Assembly: GCA_964409225.1 (NCBI GenBank)
Contig: CAYPCM010000001.1
Coordinates: forward strand, 32,173 to 96,172
Length of the DNA: 64,000 bases
Source of the DNA: an uncultured Candidatus Saccharibacteria bacterium
Lineage (GTDB): Bacteria > Patescibacteriota > Minisyncoccia > JACPXH01
Direction of reading: 5' to 3'
Part shown: one piece after another, positions 48,053 to 56,740 of the stretch
Numbering within the stretch: the first letter of the stretch is position 1
How the letters are laid out: each line of letters begins with the position of its first letter
Notes under the pieces: model-generated
The model's database searches: none
What the model saw: the letters and a program-made list of their open reading frames with translations, nothing else
What the model was told of the DNA's origin: nothing
Program-made: the position numbers and the translations under genes

Positions 48053-48651
48053 CGACTATGAACAAACAAACTGCATTCGCACTTGTCATCGTTCTAGTCT
48101 TTGTCGGCGGAGCAATTTTTCTCGGCGGCCCGCAGAAACAAAGAGAACAAGCAAACATCGGCCATGTGAACGAAGCGCTGGCCGCGAAATTTGCCGACTT
48201 GTCCCAAAGCGGCAACTCGTCTTGCTCCGCCACATTCAAAGAATCAATACTTGCCATGGCGGATGATGCGCGGCTCAAGGGTTCGTGCTGCAGTCCGATG
48301 AGCATACATCGTTACAGCGAACAAGTTGAGGGTTTAGAGAATTTTAAATCCGTTCCCGATCAAAACATTGCAGAGATTCCCGACGATCCGTATGACATTG
48401 AAGCCGGGCTCGCAAAGCGACTTATTTCGTATTACGACACAGAGCTAACCCCGGAGGAACAAGCGGCGTACGATTACGCCGTACTTAATTCGAGCGAGAA
48501 AGGCCCATGTTGCTGTAAATGCTGGCGTTGGTATGTGTACGGCGGCTTGGCAAAGTTTCTTGTTCAAAATCACGGCTTCACTGGCGAGCAAGTAACCCAA
48601 GTGTGGGATCTCTCCGATGGATGCGGCGGTGACAGCGAGCATCACCACTAA
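48037..48651 (+). CDS. Secreted Cys-rich hypothetical protein
   Basis: N-terminal TM; multiple Cys pairs (CC, CCCKC). Confidence 0.35.
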   Translation: MQTFLATMNKQTAFALVIVLVFVGGAIFLGGPQKQREQANIGHVNEALAAKFADLSQSGNSSCSATFKESILAMADDARLKGSCCSPMSIHRYSEQVEGLENFKSVPDQNIAEIPDDPYDIEAGLAKRLISYYDTELTPEEQAAYDYAVLNSSEKGPCCCKCWRWYVYGGLAKFLVQNHGFTGEQVTQVWDLSDGCGGDSEHHH

Positions 48652-48656
48652 AGATT

Positions 48657-49187
48657 ATGGAAAACGAACCGCAAATTGAGTTGAGTAAAAAAGAGCGGAA
48701 AGAATTGCGCCGCGTTGAGCGTCTTGAAGAAGAACAAAAACTTGCAAAGCAGCGGGGCCTGAAGCGTATGACGAAAATCGCGCTCGCCGTGATTATCATT
48801 GGTGGAGGCATTGGCGCTTTTGTTTGGTATCTTGCGACTCGTCCGTCCATTCCCGAAGGGGAGATTATTTCCCGACGCGGTTTGCATTGGCACCCCGCGC
48901 TTACTATTTTCGTCCAAGGAGAAAAACAAGAAATACCCGCAAATATTGGCATTGGCGCGGTGCATAATCCCGTTCATACTCATGATGCCAGCGGCGTCAT
49001 CCACCTAGAGTTTCCAGGGCTGGTTCGCGGGGACGACGTGAAGCTTGGTCGTTTCTTTGAAGTTTGGGGCAAGAACGTTATGGAATTCGGATCATCGGTT
49101 CGCATGACGGTAAACGGCGAAGAGAACGCCGAGCTTCAAAACCATCAAATGAAAGACGGCGATAAAATCGAATTGCGATATGAATAG
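48657..49187 (+). CDS. Membrane-anchored hypothetical protein
   Basis: N-terminal coiled/TM (ALAVIIIGGGIGAFVWYL). Confidence 0.35.
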   Translation: MENEPQIELSKKERKELRRVERLEEEQKLAKQRGLKRMTKIALAVIIIGGGIGAFVWYLATRPSIPEGEIISRRGLHWHPALTIFVQGEKQEIPANIGIGAVHNPVHTHDASGVIHLEFPGLVRGDDVKLGRFFEVWGKNVMEFGSSVRMTVNGEENAELQNHQMKDGDKIELRYE

Positions 49188-49285
49188 AAACGTATGGTAA
49201 AAATGTTTCACCTGTTCGGGTTTTGGAATTTTTGGTAAAATGGTTTAGAGCGAAATCTAAATACGCTTATCATTCCGCTTTTATC

Positions 49286-50131
49286 ATGCCAAGGAGGATA
49301 GTTTTTTTGGCTTTTGCGGTGGGTCTCATAGTGGGGGTGGCGTGGGAAGCGCTTGGTCTTCAGGCGTTGCCGCGCCTTGAATATCGCGTCACTCCCGAAG
49401 TGGGGGAAGAAGTGGTGGTGTCGGTGGGGCCAGGCATTCACCGCGCGCAAGCCGAGCGCGCTTTTCGGCTCTCGCCGCCGGTCCGGGGGCAGACCGAGTG
49501 GGACGAGGCCGCGCGTGCGCTGCATTTTTTCCCGCTTGACGGGTTTAAACCGGGTCAGGTTTATACATTGATTTGGTCTGGCCCGGGGTCGCTTTTGGCG
49601 CGGATAGTGCCGGAGGTGGGGGCTTCGTTTCGGGCCGAGCCGCAGCGTTTGGCCAGCTCGGTTGAGCCAGAACCAGTGTCTGCGCCAACGCCACTTCCGC
49701 CGTCTGGAGACCAGGTGCTCACCAAGCATAGCGGCGAGCGCGTGATGCTTGACCCGCCGCGGGTAAGGCGGGGCAAGTCCATAGAAATCAATCTTTCGCT
49801 GATGACTTTACAGATGTTCGAGAACGGCCAGCGCGTGGCCGCCTTTGAGACGGCGGGCAAAGGCAACCCCAAAACAACTCCCACGCCCACCGGCCGCTTC
49901 AAGATTTTGCGCAAGCGCGGGCTTATGCTTTCGAACCTTTCGTATGTCTGGATGCCGTACAGTATGCAATTTTCAGGGCCGTATTATCTGCACGGCCTGC
50001 CCTACTATCAAAACGGCCGCATGCTGACCACTCAGTATTCCGGAGGGTGTGTGCGCATGCCTAAGGGCGTGGATCAAACCGTGTATAACTGGGCTCAAGT
50101 GGGCACGGCAGTGGTAATTTCCGGAGCATGA
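49286..50131 (+). CDS. L,D-transpeptidase (YkuD family)
   Basis: Catalytic HG…S.GC.RM (HGLPYYQNGRMLTTQYSGGCVRM); N-terminal TM. Confidence 0.65.
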   Translation: MPRRIVFLAFAVGLIVGVAWEALGLQALPRLEYRVTPEVGEEVVVSVGPGIHRAQAERAFRLSPPVRGQTEWDEAARALHFFPLDGFKPGQVYTLIWSGPGSLLARIVPEVGASFRAEPQRLASSVEPEPVSAPTPLPPSGDQVLTKHSGERVMLDPPRVRRGKSIEINLSLMTLQMFENGQRVAAFETAGKGNPKTTPTPTGRFKILRKRGLMLSNLSYVWMPYSMQFSGPYYLHGLPYYQNGRMLTTQYSGGCVRMPKGVDQTVYNWAQVGTAVVISGA

Positions 50132-50529
50132 TTGTCCCCGGATTTTTGCGCTTGGCGTTCCGCCTTCACGCTGTATACTTTTTTGTGTGGGCGACTGTTT
50201 TTGATTTTTTTGTTGAGCCGTTTGGGCGCATTTTCGGACTTGAAGCGCCGCGCACCATTATCGGCTGGGTGGGAACTGGCGTGGCTTCGGGCGGTCTACT
50301 TACGGCGGGTGTGCTTTTTCTTTTGGCTTCGTTTCAGCGTAAGCTGCCGCGGTTTGTGATTGCGGTGGCGCTGGTGCAGACAACGTTCAATCTTTATCAC
50401 GACGTGGTGTGGTTTAGGGTGGGTGCGCCGATGGAGCTCGTCTTGCTCGATGCCGCCGTGATCGGTATGCTGTTCATCGCGTATCTGGCTGCGTGGCGGA
50501 TGTCGCGCGCCGCGCAAACATCGATCTAG
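50128..50529 (+). CDS. Small integral membrane protein (hypothetical)
   Basis: Four TM helices; ATGA overlap with upstream gene. Confidence 0.3.
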   Translation: MIVPGFLRLAFRLHAVYFFVWATVFDFFVEPFGRIFGLEAPRTIIGWVGTGVASGGLLTAGVLFLLASFQRKLPRFVIAVALVQTTFNLYHDVVWFRVGAPMELVLLDAAVIGMLFIAYLAAWRMSRAAQTSI

Positions 50530-50547
50530 GGCTCATTACCTATCGTT

Positions 50548-50619
50548 GCCGGAGTAGCTCAGTGGCAGAGCAGGGCTTTCGTAAAGCCAAGGTCGCGAGT
50601 TCGACTCTCGCCTCCGGCT
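50548..50619 (+). tRNA. tRNA-Thr (anticodon CGT)
   Basis: Acceptor GCCGGAG/CTCCGGC, D-arm GCTC…GAGC, anticodon loop TTCGTAA, T-arm GCGAG-TTCGACT-CTCGC; one G·A mismatch at 27:43. Confidence 0.75.
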
Positions 50620-50680
50620 CAAGGTTTGGACAACGGGGCGGCTTCCATGATTGGCCGCGGCATGCTACGATGTGTCAGCC

Positions 50681-51854
50681 ATGGAAGCCCCAATCGAAAA
50701 ACTCGCTCGTTTAGAAGCTGAAATCCGCCGCACGGCGGACCGTCTTTGACTTAGCGCAACTTAAAAAACAGATTCTAGAACTTGAGCGCGAGGCCGGCCG
50801 GCCCGACTTTTGGGGGCAGGTGGATCGAGCCCAAAAAACTCAGCAGCGCTTGGGCGAGCTTAGGGGAGAAGTGGCGTTGTGGGAGGAACTCCGGAGGGCA
50901 GCGGAGAGCTTGCGCCAAGATCACGCCGCGCTTGTGGAGCTTGATCGGGCCGACGGCAACTTGGACGAACCGGAATTCGCCGTCTTGAAATCCGATTGGG
51001 AGGCGCGACTTCATGACTTAGAGCGTCGTTTCCGCAAAGCCGAGCTGCGCGCTTTTTTGTCGGGACCGTACGATAAAAATTCAGCTCTTCTTTCTATTAA
51101 CGCCGGAGCCGGCGGCATTGATGCGCAGGATTGGGCCGAGATGCTGGCGCGGATGTATGTGCGCTACTCAGAAGGTCGGGGCTGGAAAATAACTAAGCTC
51201 GACGAATCGCGCGGCGAGGAACAGGGGATTAAGTCGGTTGCGTTTCAGGTGGAGGGCGGGTTTGCGTACGGGTACTTGAAGGGCGAAAACGGCGTGCACC
51301 GTTTGGTGCGGCAATCGCCGTTTTCAGCCAACAAGCTCCGGCACACCTCGTTTGCTCTGGTGGAAGTATTGCCGGTTTTTGCCGAAGGCGAGGCAGATAT
51401 CGAAATTAGACCCGAAGATGTTCAGGTTGATATGTTCCGTTCATCCGGGCCGGGCGGGCAAAACGTGAACAAGCGCGAAACCGCAGTTCGCATAACGCAC
51501 CTTCCCACCGGTCTGGTCGTGGCTTCGCAAGAAGAGCGTCAGCAGTCGGCCAACCGGGAATTAGCGATGGCCATGCTGCGCGCCAAACTCTTTCAACTGA
51601 TGGAGCAGGAAAAAACCAAAGAACTGGCCAAACTGAAGGGTAAACGTGTTACAATTGAATGGGGCCACCAGATTCGCTCTTACGTGCTCCATCCTTATAA
51701 AATGGTCAAGGATTTGCGAACTAACGTTGAAACGTCTCAAGCAGAGGCGGTGCTCGACGGGGTGCTGGACGAATTCATCGAAGCCGAGCTGCGGGAGGCG
51801 TCAGCTGCGCACTACGACGTGGAGAAGCGTACAAAAAAGCCCAGCCATGATTAA
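50681..51854 (+). CDS. prfB: Peptide chain release factor 2, with programmed +1 frameshift at CTT TGA C (50744..50750)
   Basis: ORF1 MEAPIEKLARLEAEIRRTADRL stops at TGA 50747; +1 frame continues through SPF and GGQ motifs. Confidence 0.85.
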
Positions 51855-52527
51855 ATTCGACAACGTCTCGAAGATTTACAACGAACACGCCGTGGCGCTG
51901 GAAGGGGTTACGCTTGAGATTCAGCCGGGCGAGTTTGTGTCAATTGTGGGGCAATCCGGCGCTGGCAAGTCCACGTTTTTGAAGCTGCTCATCGCCGAAG
52001 AAGAGCCCTCGTCTGGCCGCGTGTTTTTGGACGCAATCGACGTTCACCAGATTCCGCCGGCCAAGCTGCCAATTTTGCGCCGTAGAATCGGCAACGTGTT
52101 TCAGGATTTTAAACTGCTCACGGACCGGACCGCTTTCGAGAACGTGGCTTTTGCCATGGAGGTGGCCGGCGTGGCCGAACACGACATTCATCGTGACGTG
52201 CCCAAAGTGCTTGAGCTAGTGGGTCTTGCGGATAAAGGCGGCAATTTCCCCCGAGAACTTTCCGGCGGCGAGAAACAGCGCGTGGCGATCGCTCGCGCCT
52301 TGGCCCATCGGCCGGATATCATCATGGCTGACGAACCCACCGGCAACTTGGATCCGCTTAACACTTGGGATATCATACGGCTGCTCATGAAAATCAACGA
52401 TCTTGGCACGACCGTCATCCTCGCCACTCACGACCGCGAAATCATCAACACCATCGAGCGCAGGGTTGTAAGTTTGGACCGAGGGCGCATTGTGCGCGAT
52501 GAAGCGCGAGGAAGATATATCCTATGA
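51847..52527 (+). CDS. ftsE: Cell division ATP-binding protein FtsE
   Basis: Walker A GQSGAGKST, ABC signature LSGGEKQR, Walker B IIMADEPTGNLD. Confidence 0.85.
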   Translation: MIKFDNVSKIYNEHAVALEGVTLEIQPGEFVSIVGQSGAGKSTFLKLLIAEEEPSSGRVFLDAIDVHQIPPAKLPILRRRIGNVFQDFKLLTDRTAFENVAFAMEVAGVAEHDIHRDVPKVLELVGLADKGGNFPRELSGGEKQRVAIARALAHRPDIIMADEPTGNLDPLNTWDIIRLLMKINDLGTTVILATHDREIINTIERRVVSLDRGRIVRDEARGRYIL

Positions 52528-52567
52528 AATCCAAAATCCAAAATCCAACCCCCAAAAATTTCGGCGT

Positions 52568-53485
52568 ATGCCGATTGTAGAAACATTAAAACGCGTTGCC
52601 CGTTCGGGGCTGCAGTCGTTTCTGCGCAACGGCTGGCTTTCGACCGCGACCATAAGCGTCATGGCCCTCGCCATTTTCGTGATGACGAGTTTGGTGCTGC
52701 TCAACGTCATCACCCAATCGCTCGTCGCCAACCTTCAGGATCGCATTGATATCAGCGTGTATTTCAAGCAGGAAGCGCCTGACGGCGAAATAGCCAAGGT
52801 TCAGCGCGATCTTGAGCAGCTGACCGAAGTTAAATCGGTTGAATTCGTAACTGCCGACGAGGCCCTCGTGCGTTTCCGAGAGCGCCATCAGGACAACCCT
52901 CTGCTTCTTGAATCGCTGGAAGAATTGGGCACCAATCCTCTGCAAGCAACGCTCAACATCAAAGCGCGCGAAGCGAACCAATTCGCTTCGATTGCGAGTT
53001 TTCTTCAAGCCGAAAGGTTTCAGCCCGTCATTGATAAGGTCAACTACACCCAGAATGCCGAGGTGATAAGCCGGCTCGCCAGCATTGTTTCGGGCGTGCG
53101 GCGGGGCGGAGCCGCGCTTACGCTGGTGCTGGCCACGATTGCCATTTTGGTTTCGTTCAATACCATTCGACTCGCTATCTATACTGCGCGCGAAGAGGTT
53201 GGTGTGATGCGGCTGGTGGGCGCTTCCAACTGGTTCATCCGCGGTCCCTTTCTGGTGGCTGGCTTTGTGTATGGCGTGGCGGCAGCGGCGATCTCCATGG
53301 CCGTGTTTTTTCCGCTTGTGGGAGCTATCTCGCCGAAAGTATCCGGCTTTCTTCTCACCGGCACCAACTTGTTCGCTTACGTGCAACAGAACTTCTGGCC
53401 GCTTTTGGGCTTGGGGCTCGCGGTCGGCGTGGCGCTCGGCGTGCTTTCGAGCTACATCGCGATCCGGAGGTATTTGAAGGTGTAG
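52568..53485 (+). CDS. ftsX: Cell division permease-like protein FtsX
   Basis: TM1, large periplasmic loop, three C-terminal TM; adjacent to ftsE. Confidence 0.8.
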   Translation: MPIVETLKRVARSGLQSFLRNGWLSTATISVMALAIFVMTSLVLLNVITQSLVANLQDRIDISVYFKQEAPDGEIAKVQRDLEQLTEVKSVEFVTADEALVRFRERHQDNPLLLESLEELGTNPLQATLNIKAREANQFASIASFLQAERFQPVIDKVNYTQNAEVISRLASIVSGVRRGGAALTLVLATIAILVSFNTIRLAIYTAREEVGVMRLVGASNWFIRGPFLVAGFVYGVAAAAISMAVFFPLVGAISPKVSGFLLTGTNLFAYVQQNFWPLLGLGLAVGVALGVLSSYIAIRRYLKV

Positions 53486-53504
53486 GTTGTATATCCTGAG
53501 TTTA

Positions 53505-53545
53505 TCGCGGGCCGCGCCCGCCGTCCGGCGGGCGCGGCCCGCACT
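53505..53545 (+). terminator. GC-rich hairpin downstream of ftsX (no T-tract)
   Basis: GGGCCGCGCCCGCC-gtcc-GGCGGGCGCGGCCC. Confidence 0.35.
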
Positions 53546-53598
53546 ATTCGTCGTGGTGGTGCGGTGTGGATAATCCTCGTTGAACAATTGTACAGTGA

Positions 53599-54513
53599 GT
53601 GTATGATGGAAGTATGGCGAATAATGTGCAGTGTAAGGTATGCGGGCAATCGTTCGGCGCCGTTACGAACACTCACTTGGCGACGCACGACATCTCAGTT
53701 TCCGACTATCGGCGTCGCTACCCCGGTACGGCCGTCGGGTTTGCCTTGGTGCCGGCGCAGCTTGCGAAAGGCGATCTACGGTATCGCCGATGGCGCCGTT
53801 CGTTGCTGAAGCGGCCGCCACCTTGGAACAGAGGTCAGACAAAAGCGACGCACCCGGGTGTTGCAAGAATATCGGCTACGTTTCGGGAACGAGGCATTGA
53901 TAACTTTGTTCATTGGCGACAAAAGATGGAGGCACGGGGGCGGTTTCATCATAGCTATCCAGATTTTCCACATACAGGAGATTTGGCCGAACTGATCGGT
54001 CTTGTTCTCGGCGACGGGCACATCTGTCGATTCGCGCGCACGGAGAGTCTCGGCATAACGCTTAATAATAAGTATCAAGCCCTGATCGAACGAACCGCAA
54101 AGCTGATACAGCGCGTTTTCCATAAAAAGCCGGCTCGACTAGTGCGCCGCGATGCAAACTGTACGAGGCTGGTGCTGTATCAGAAAGACATCAGCCGCCG
54201 TTTGGGCATTCCGAATGGTAATCGAAGCCAGGCCGATAATGGTATACCGCAGTGGGTATGGCGCCACAAGCCGTTTTTGATTCGCTGCTTGCGGGGACTC
54301 TACGAAGCCGAGGGGTTTTTCTCGCAACATCTACCGACCTATACATATAAATTTTCTTTCACCAACTCAAACCCGCGCTTGCTCAACGACGTTTTCCGCG
54401 GTATAAGTACACTTGGCTTTGCGCCGCATCGGGAAGCCAGGCGCATCACAATTTCGAAGCGGGCACAGGCGTTTGCGTGTCGTACCCTCCTTCGTTTTCG
54501 CGAATACAACTAA
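53599..54513 (+). CDS. Free-standing LAGLIDADG homing-endonuclease-like protein with N-terminal C2H2 zinc finger
   Basis: CKVCGQSFGAVTNTHLATH (C-x2-C-x12-H-x3-H); LAGLIDADG motif 1 LAELIGLVLGDGH and motif 2 LRGLYEAEGFF. Confidence 0.65.
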   Translation: MYDGSMANNVQCKVCGQSFGAVTNTHLATHDISVSDYRRRYPGTAVGFALVPAQLAKGDLRYRRWRRSLLKRPPPWNRGQTKATHPGVARISATFRERGIDNFVHWRQKMEARGRFHHSYPDFPHTGDLAELIGLVLGDGHICRFARTESLGITLNNKYQALIERTAKLIQRVFHKKPARLVRRDANCTRLVLYQKDISRRLGIPNGNRSQADNGIPQWVWRHKPFLIRCLRGLYEAEGFFSQHLPTYTYKFSFTNSNPRLLNDVFRGISTLGFAPHREARRITISKRAQAFACRTLLRFREYN

Positions 54514-54518
54514 TCAAT

Positions 54519-54592
54519 TGGGAGGTCTGCTAATGGTAGGCATCATGGCTCTGAACCATGCAATGGAGGTTCGACTCCTCCCCTCCCAGCCA
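54519..54592 (+). tRNA. tRNA-Gln (anticodon CTG), CCA encoded
   Basis: Acceptor TGGGAGG/CCTCCCA (U1:A72 typical of tRNA-Gln), D-arm TGCT…GGCA, anticodon stem CATGG/CCATG loop CTCTGAA, T-arm GGAGG-TTCGACT-CCTCC, GCCA tail. Confidence 0.8.
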
Positions 54593-54657
54593 ATTTGTAA
54601 AGTTTGCGTTTTCCGCCTCGCTCGGGGCTTCGCTTGATGATTTAATGAAATAAAATT

Positions 54658-55662
54658 ATGGGAACAAAGCAATCATTATATAAAGCACACAAGATTAAGG
54701 ACGATGAGTTCTTTACTCTTTACGAGGATGTTGCTAACGAAGTTTCGCTTTATAAGAAACAACTGAAAAGGAAAAGAATTATATGTCCCTGCGATTGGGA
54801 TGAAAGTTATAACGAAGAGATTGTTTTCAAGGAAGAAGGATTTATTGGTCCGTCCAATTTATTGGACAAAGGCGGAACAATTAAAAAAATAGATATAAAA
54901 GCGTCTAAGAAAAAAATTGAAAAACCGCTAGCTTTGATTAAGTGTAATTTTGTTAAATTTTTAGTTGCTCATGCTGATGCTTATGGCATAAAGTCAATTT
55001 CTGTGAGCGGATATAATCCTGCAAACGGTAAAGGTGTTAAATTCCAAGATGTTGATTATTCAAAATATGATCTAGTTATTACGAATCCGCCGTTTAGTCA
55101 GTTTCGGGATTTCATTGAAACAATGTTTAAAAATAAGACGGATTTTTTGGTCGTCGGACCAATTACTGCCATAACATACAAGGAAATTTTCAGTCACATA
55201 AAAGACAATAAAATGTGGCTTGGTTACGCAAAACAATTATCCGGATTTCGATTGACTGATGGTACTCTTGTTCTTTCAAAAAATCCCGAAGGATCAGTGC
55301 CTCGTGCTTGTAAATGGTACACGAATTTGGATGTTGCCTATCGGCACGACAGGATGATTTTGACAGAAAACTATAGCCCCGAAAAATACCCAAAATATTA
55401 CAACTATAACGGCGTGGATGTAGAAAAAACAAATAAAATACCTTTTGATTTCGATGGTATTATGGGTGTTCCAGTTACTTTTTTAACAAAGTATAATCCA
55501 CAGCAGTTTAAGATTGTAGGAAAAGGGGTTCAGGTTGAAAAAACAGTAAGGTTCAAGGGTGATAAGGCTACGCTCTGGATTGAAAAGGACGGAAAACCTT
55601 TCAGGGCACCTTTTGAAAGAATTTTAATAAAAAATAGAGAGGTAATTAAAAATGAAAAATAA
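54658..55662 (+). CDS. Adenine-specific DNA methyltransferase, M.EcoRI-like family
   Basis: DDEFFTLYEDV…CPCDWDES, DLVITNPPF, ITYKEIFSHIKDNKMWLGY, CKWYTNLDV, YPKYYNYNGVDVEKTNKIPFDFDGIMGVPVTFLTKYNPQQF — collinear with my recollection of M.EcoRI; ~33% GC. Confidence 0.6.
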   Translation: MGTKQSLYKAHKIKDDEFFTLYEDVANEVSLYKKQLKRKRIICPCDWDESYNEEIVFKEEGFIGPSNLLDKGGTIKKIDIKASKKKIEKPLALIKCNFVKFLVAHADAYGIKSISVSGYNPANGKGVKFQDVDYSKYDLVITNPPFSQFRDFIETMFKNKTDFLVVGPITAITYKEIFSHIKDNKMWLGYAKQLSGFRLTDGTLVLSKNPEGSVPRACKWYTNLDVAYRHDRMILTENYSPEKYPKYYNYNGVDVEKTNKIPFDFDGIMGVPVTFLTKYNPQQFKIVGKGVQVEKTVRFKGDKATLWIEKDGKPFRAPFERILIKNREVIKNEK

Positions 55663-56737
55663 TATGAATATCAAAACTTTATACGAACAACTTAGGGATG
55701 GGAAAATTATCAGCGACATAGAACTCCAAAGAGAGATAGTTTATGATACCGAAAAACAAATGCTAGTTATAGACAGTATCGTTAATGGGATTCCGTTGCC
55801 TGCTTTTTATTTTTGGAAAAATGACGAAGGAATTTTGGAAGTATTGGACGGCAAACAAAGAATAGAAGCCATTAAAAAATTTATTGAAAACGACATCCAA
55901 TATCAGGATAAGTTATGGAAACAAACGGACAAAAAAATTCAAGACATAATCAATAATGCCGAGCTTTCAATCATTGTTTGTGGAGGTAAAGAACAATTAA
56001 AAAGGGAGATATTTAGAAGAATTAATACTCTGGGTGTTCCACTTTCTCCTTATGAAGTTTTGAACGGCCTTTTTCATGGCGAGTATTTAAGGGGTTTAAC
56101 TGTTTATGTCGGGCAAGATAGGGATGCACTGAAAGTTCTAAACGCCAACAGCCGAGGTAAAAATCAATATAGAATTTTGCAATTATTGATGGAATTGAAA
56201 AATTTGCCGAAAGATGCGCAGAGTATAAACGACCATGTGAATTCAAATCAGAAAAAATCTTTTGCTGATGACCAAAGGGAGGTTGGTAAATATATCAAAT
56301 TCGTCAGAGACATATTTGATGATTACGGCCAATTAGACATTTATTTTAACTTGGCGAGAAAATATTTTAAGGACGCGGTTATATGGAAACAAAACAAGGA
56401 CGAAATCAATTCTCGCGTCAAAAGATATTTAAAAAGCGATGACGCTAAATTGACGGATAAAGCAAAAGAAATAGAAGATATTATTCAAGCCATTGTAAAT
56501 AATATCAGTGTTGATGATAAAAGGTTATTTTCAAGCGATGACAAAAAGGAATTTTTGAGGAAAAAGAAGCCGAATAAAGAGAAAAAATATCAATGTGCGG
56601 ACTGCAAAAAGTATTTTTATGCCGAGGAATTAACAATGGATCATGTAGACCCGTGGAGTAAAGGCGGCAGAACCGAACTTTCAAACGCTGAACTACGATG
56701 CCGTCCTTGCAATATTAAAAAGGGCAATAGAAGTTAG
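55652..56737 (+). CDS. DUF262 (ParB/Srx-like, DGQQR-type) domain fused to C-terminal HNH nuclease
   Basis: N-terminal …LEVLDGKQRIEAI… (DUF262 DGQQR motif variant); C-terminal CADCKKY…MDHVDPWSKGG…N…CRPCNIKKGN HNH Cys4/His-Me finger; 11-nt overlap with upstream MTase gene. Confidence 0.6.
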   Translation: MKNNMNIKTLYEQLRDGKIISDIELQREIVYDTEKQMLVIDSIVNGIPLPAFYFWKNDEGILEVLDGKQRIEAIKKFIENDIQYQDKLWKQTDKKIQDIINNAELSIIVCGGKEQLKREIFRRINTLGVPLSPYEVLNGLFHGEYLRGLTVYVGQDRDALKVLNANSRGKNQYRILQLLMELKNLPKDAQSINDHVNSNQKKSFADDQREVGKYIKFVRDIFDDYGQLDIYFNLARKYFKDAVIWKQNKDEINSRVKRYLKSDDAKLTDKAKEIEDIIQAIVNNISVDDKRLFSSDDKKEFLRKKKPNKEKKYQCADCKKYFYAEELTMDHVDPWSKGGRTELSNAELRCRPCNIKKGNRS

Positions 56738-56740
56738 ATT

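Noticed and set aside
50493-50714. ORF overlapping tRNA-Thr and the prfB leader
   Set aside because: It overlaps a cloverleaf tRNA and the RF2 frameshift ORF1; it is spurious.
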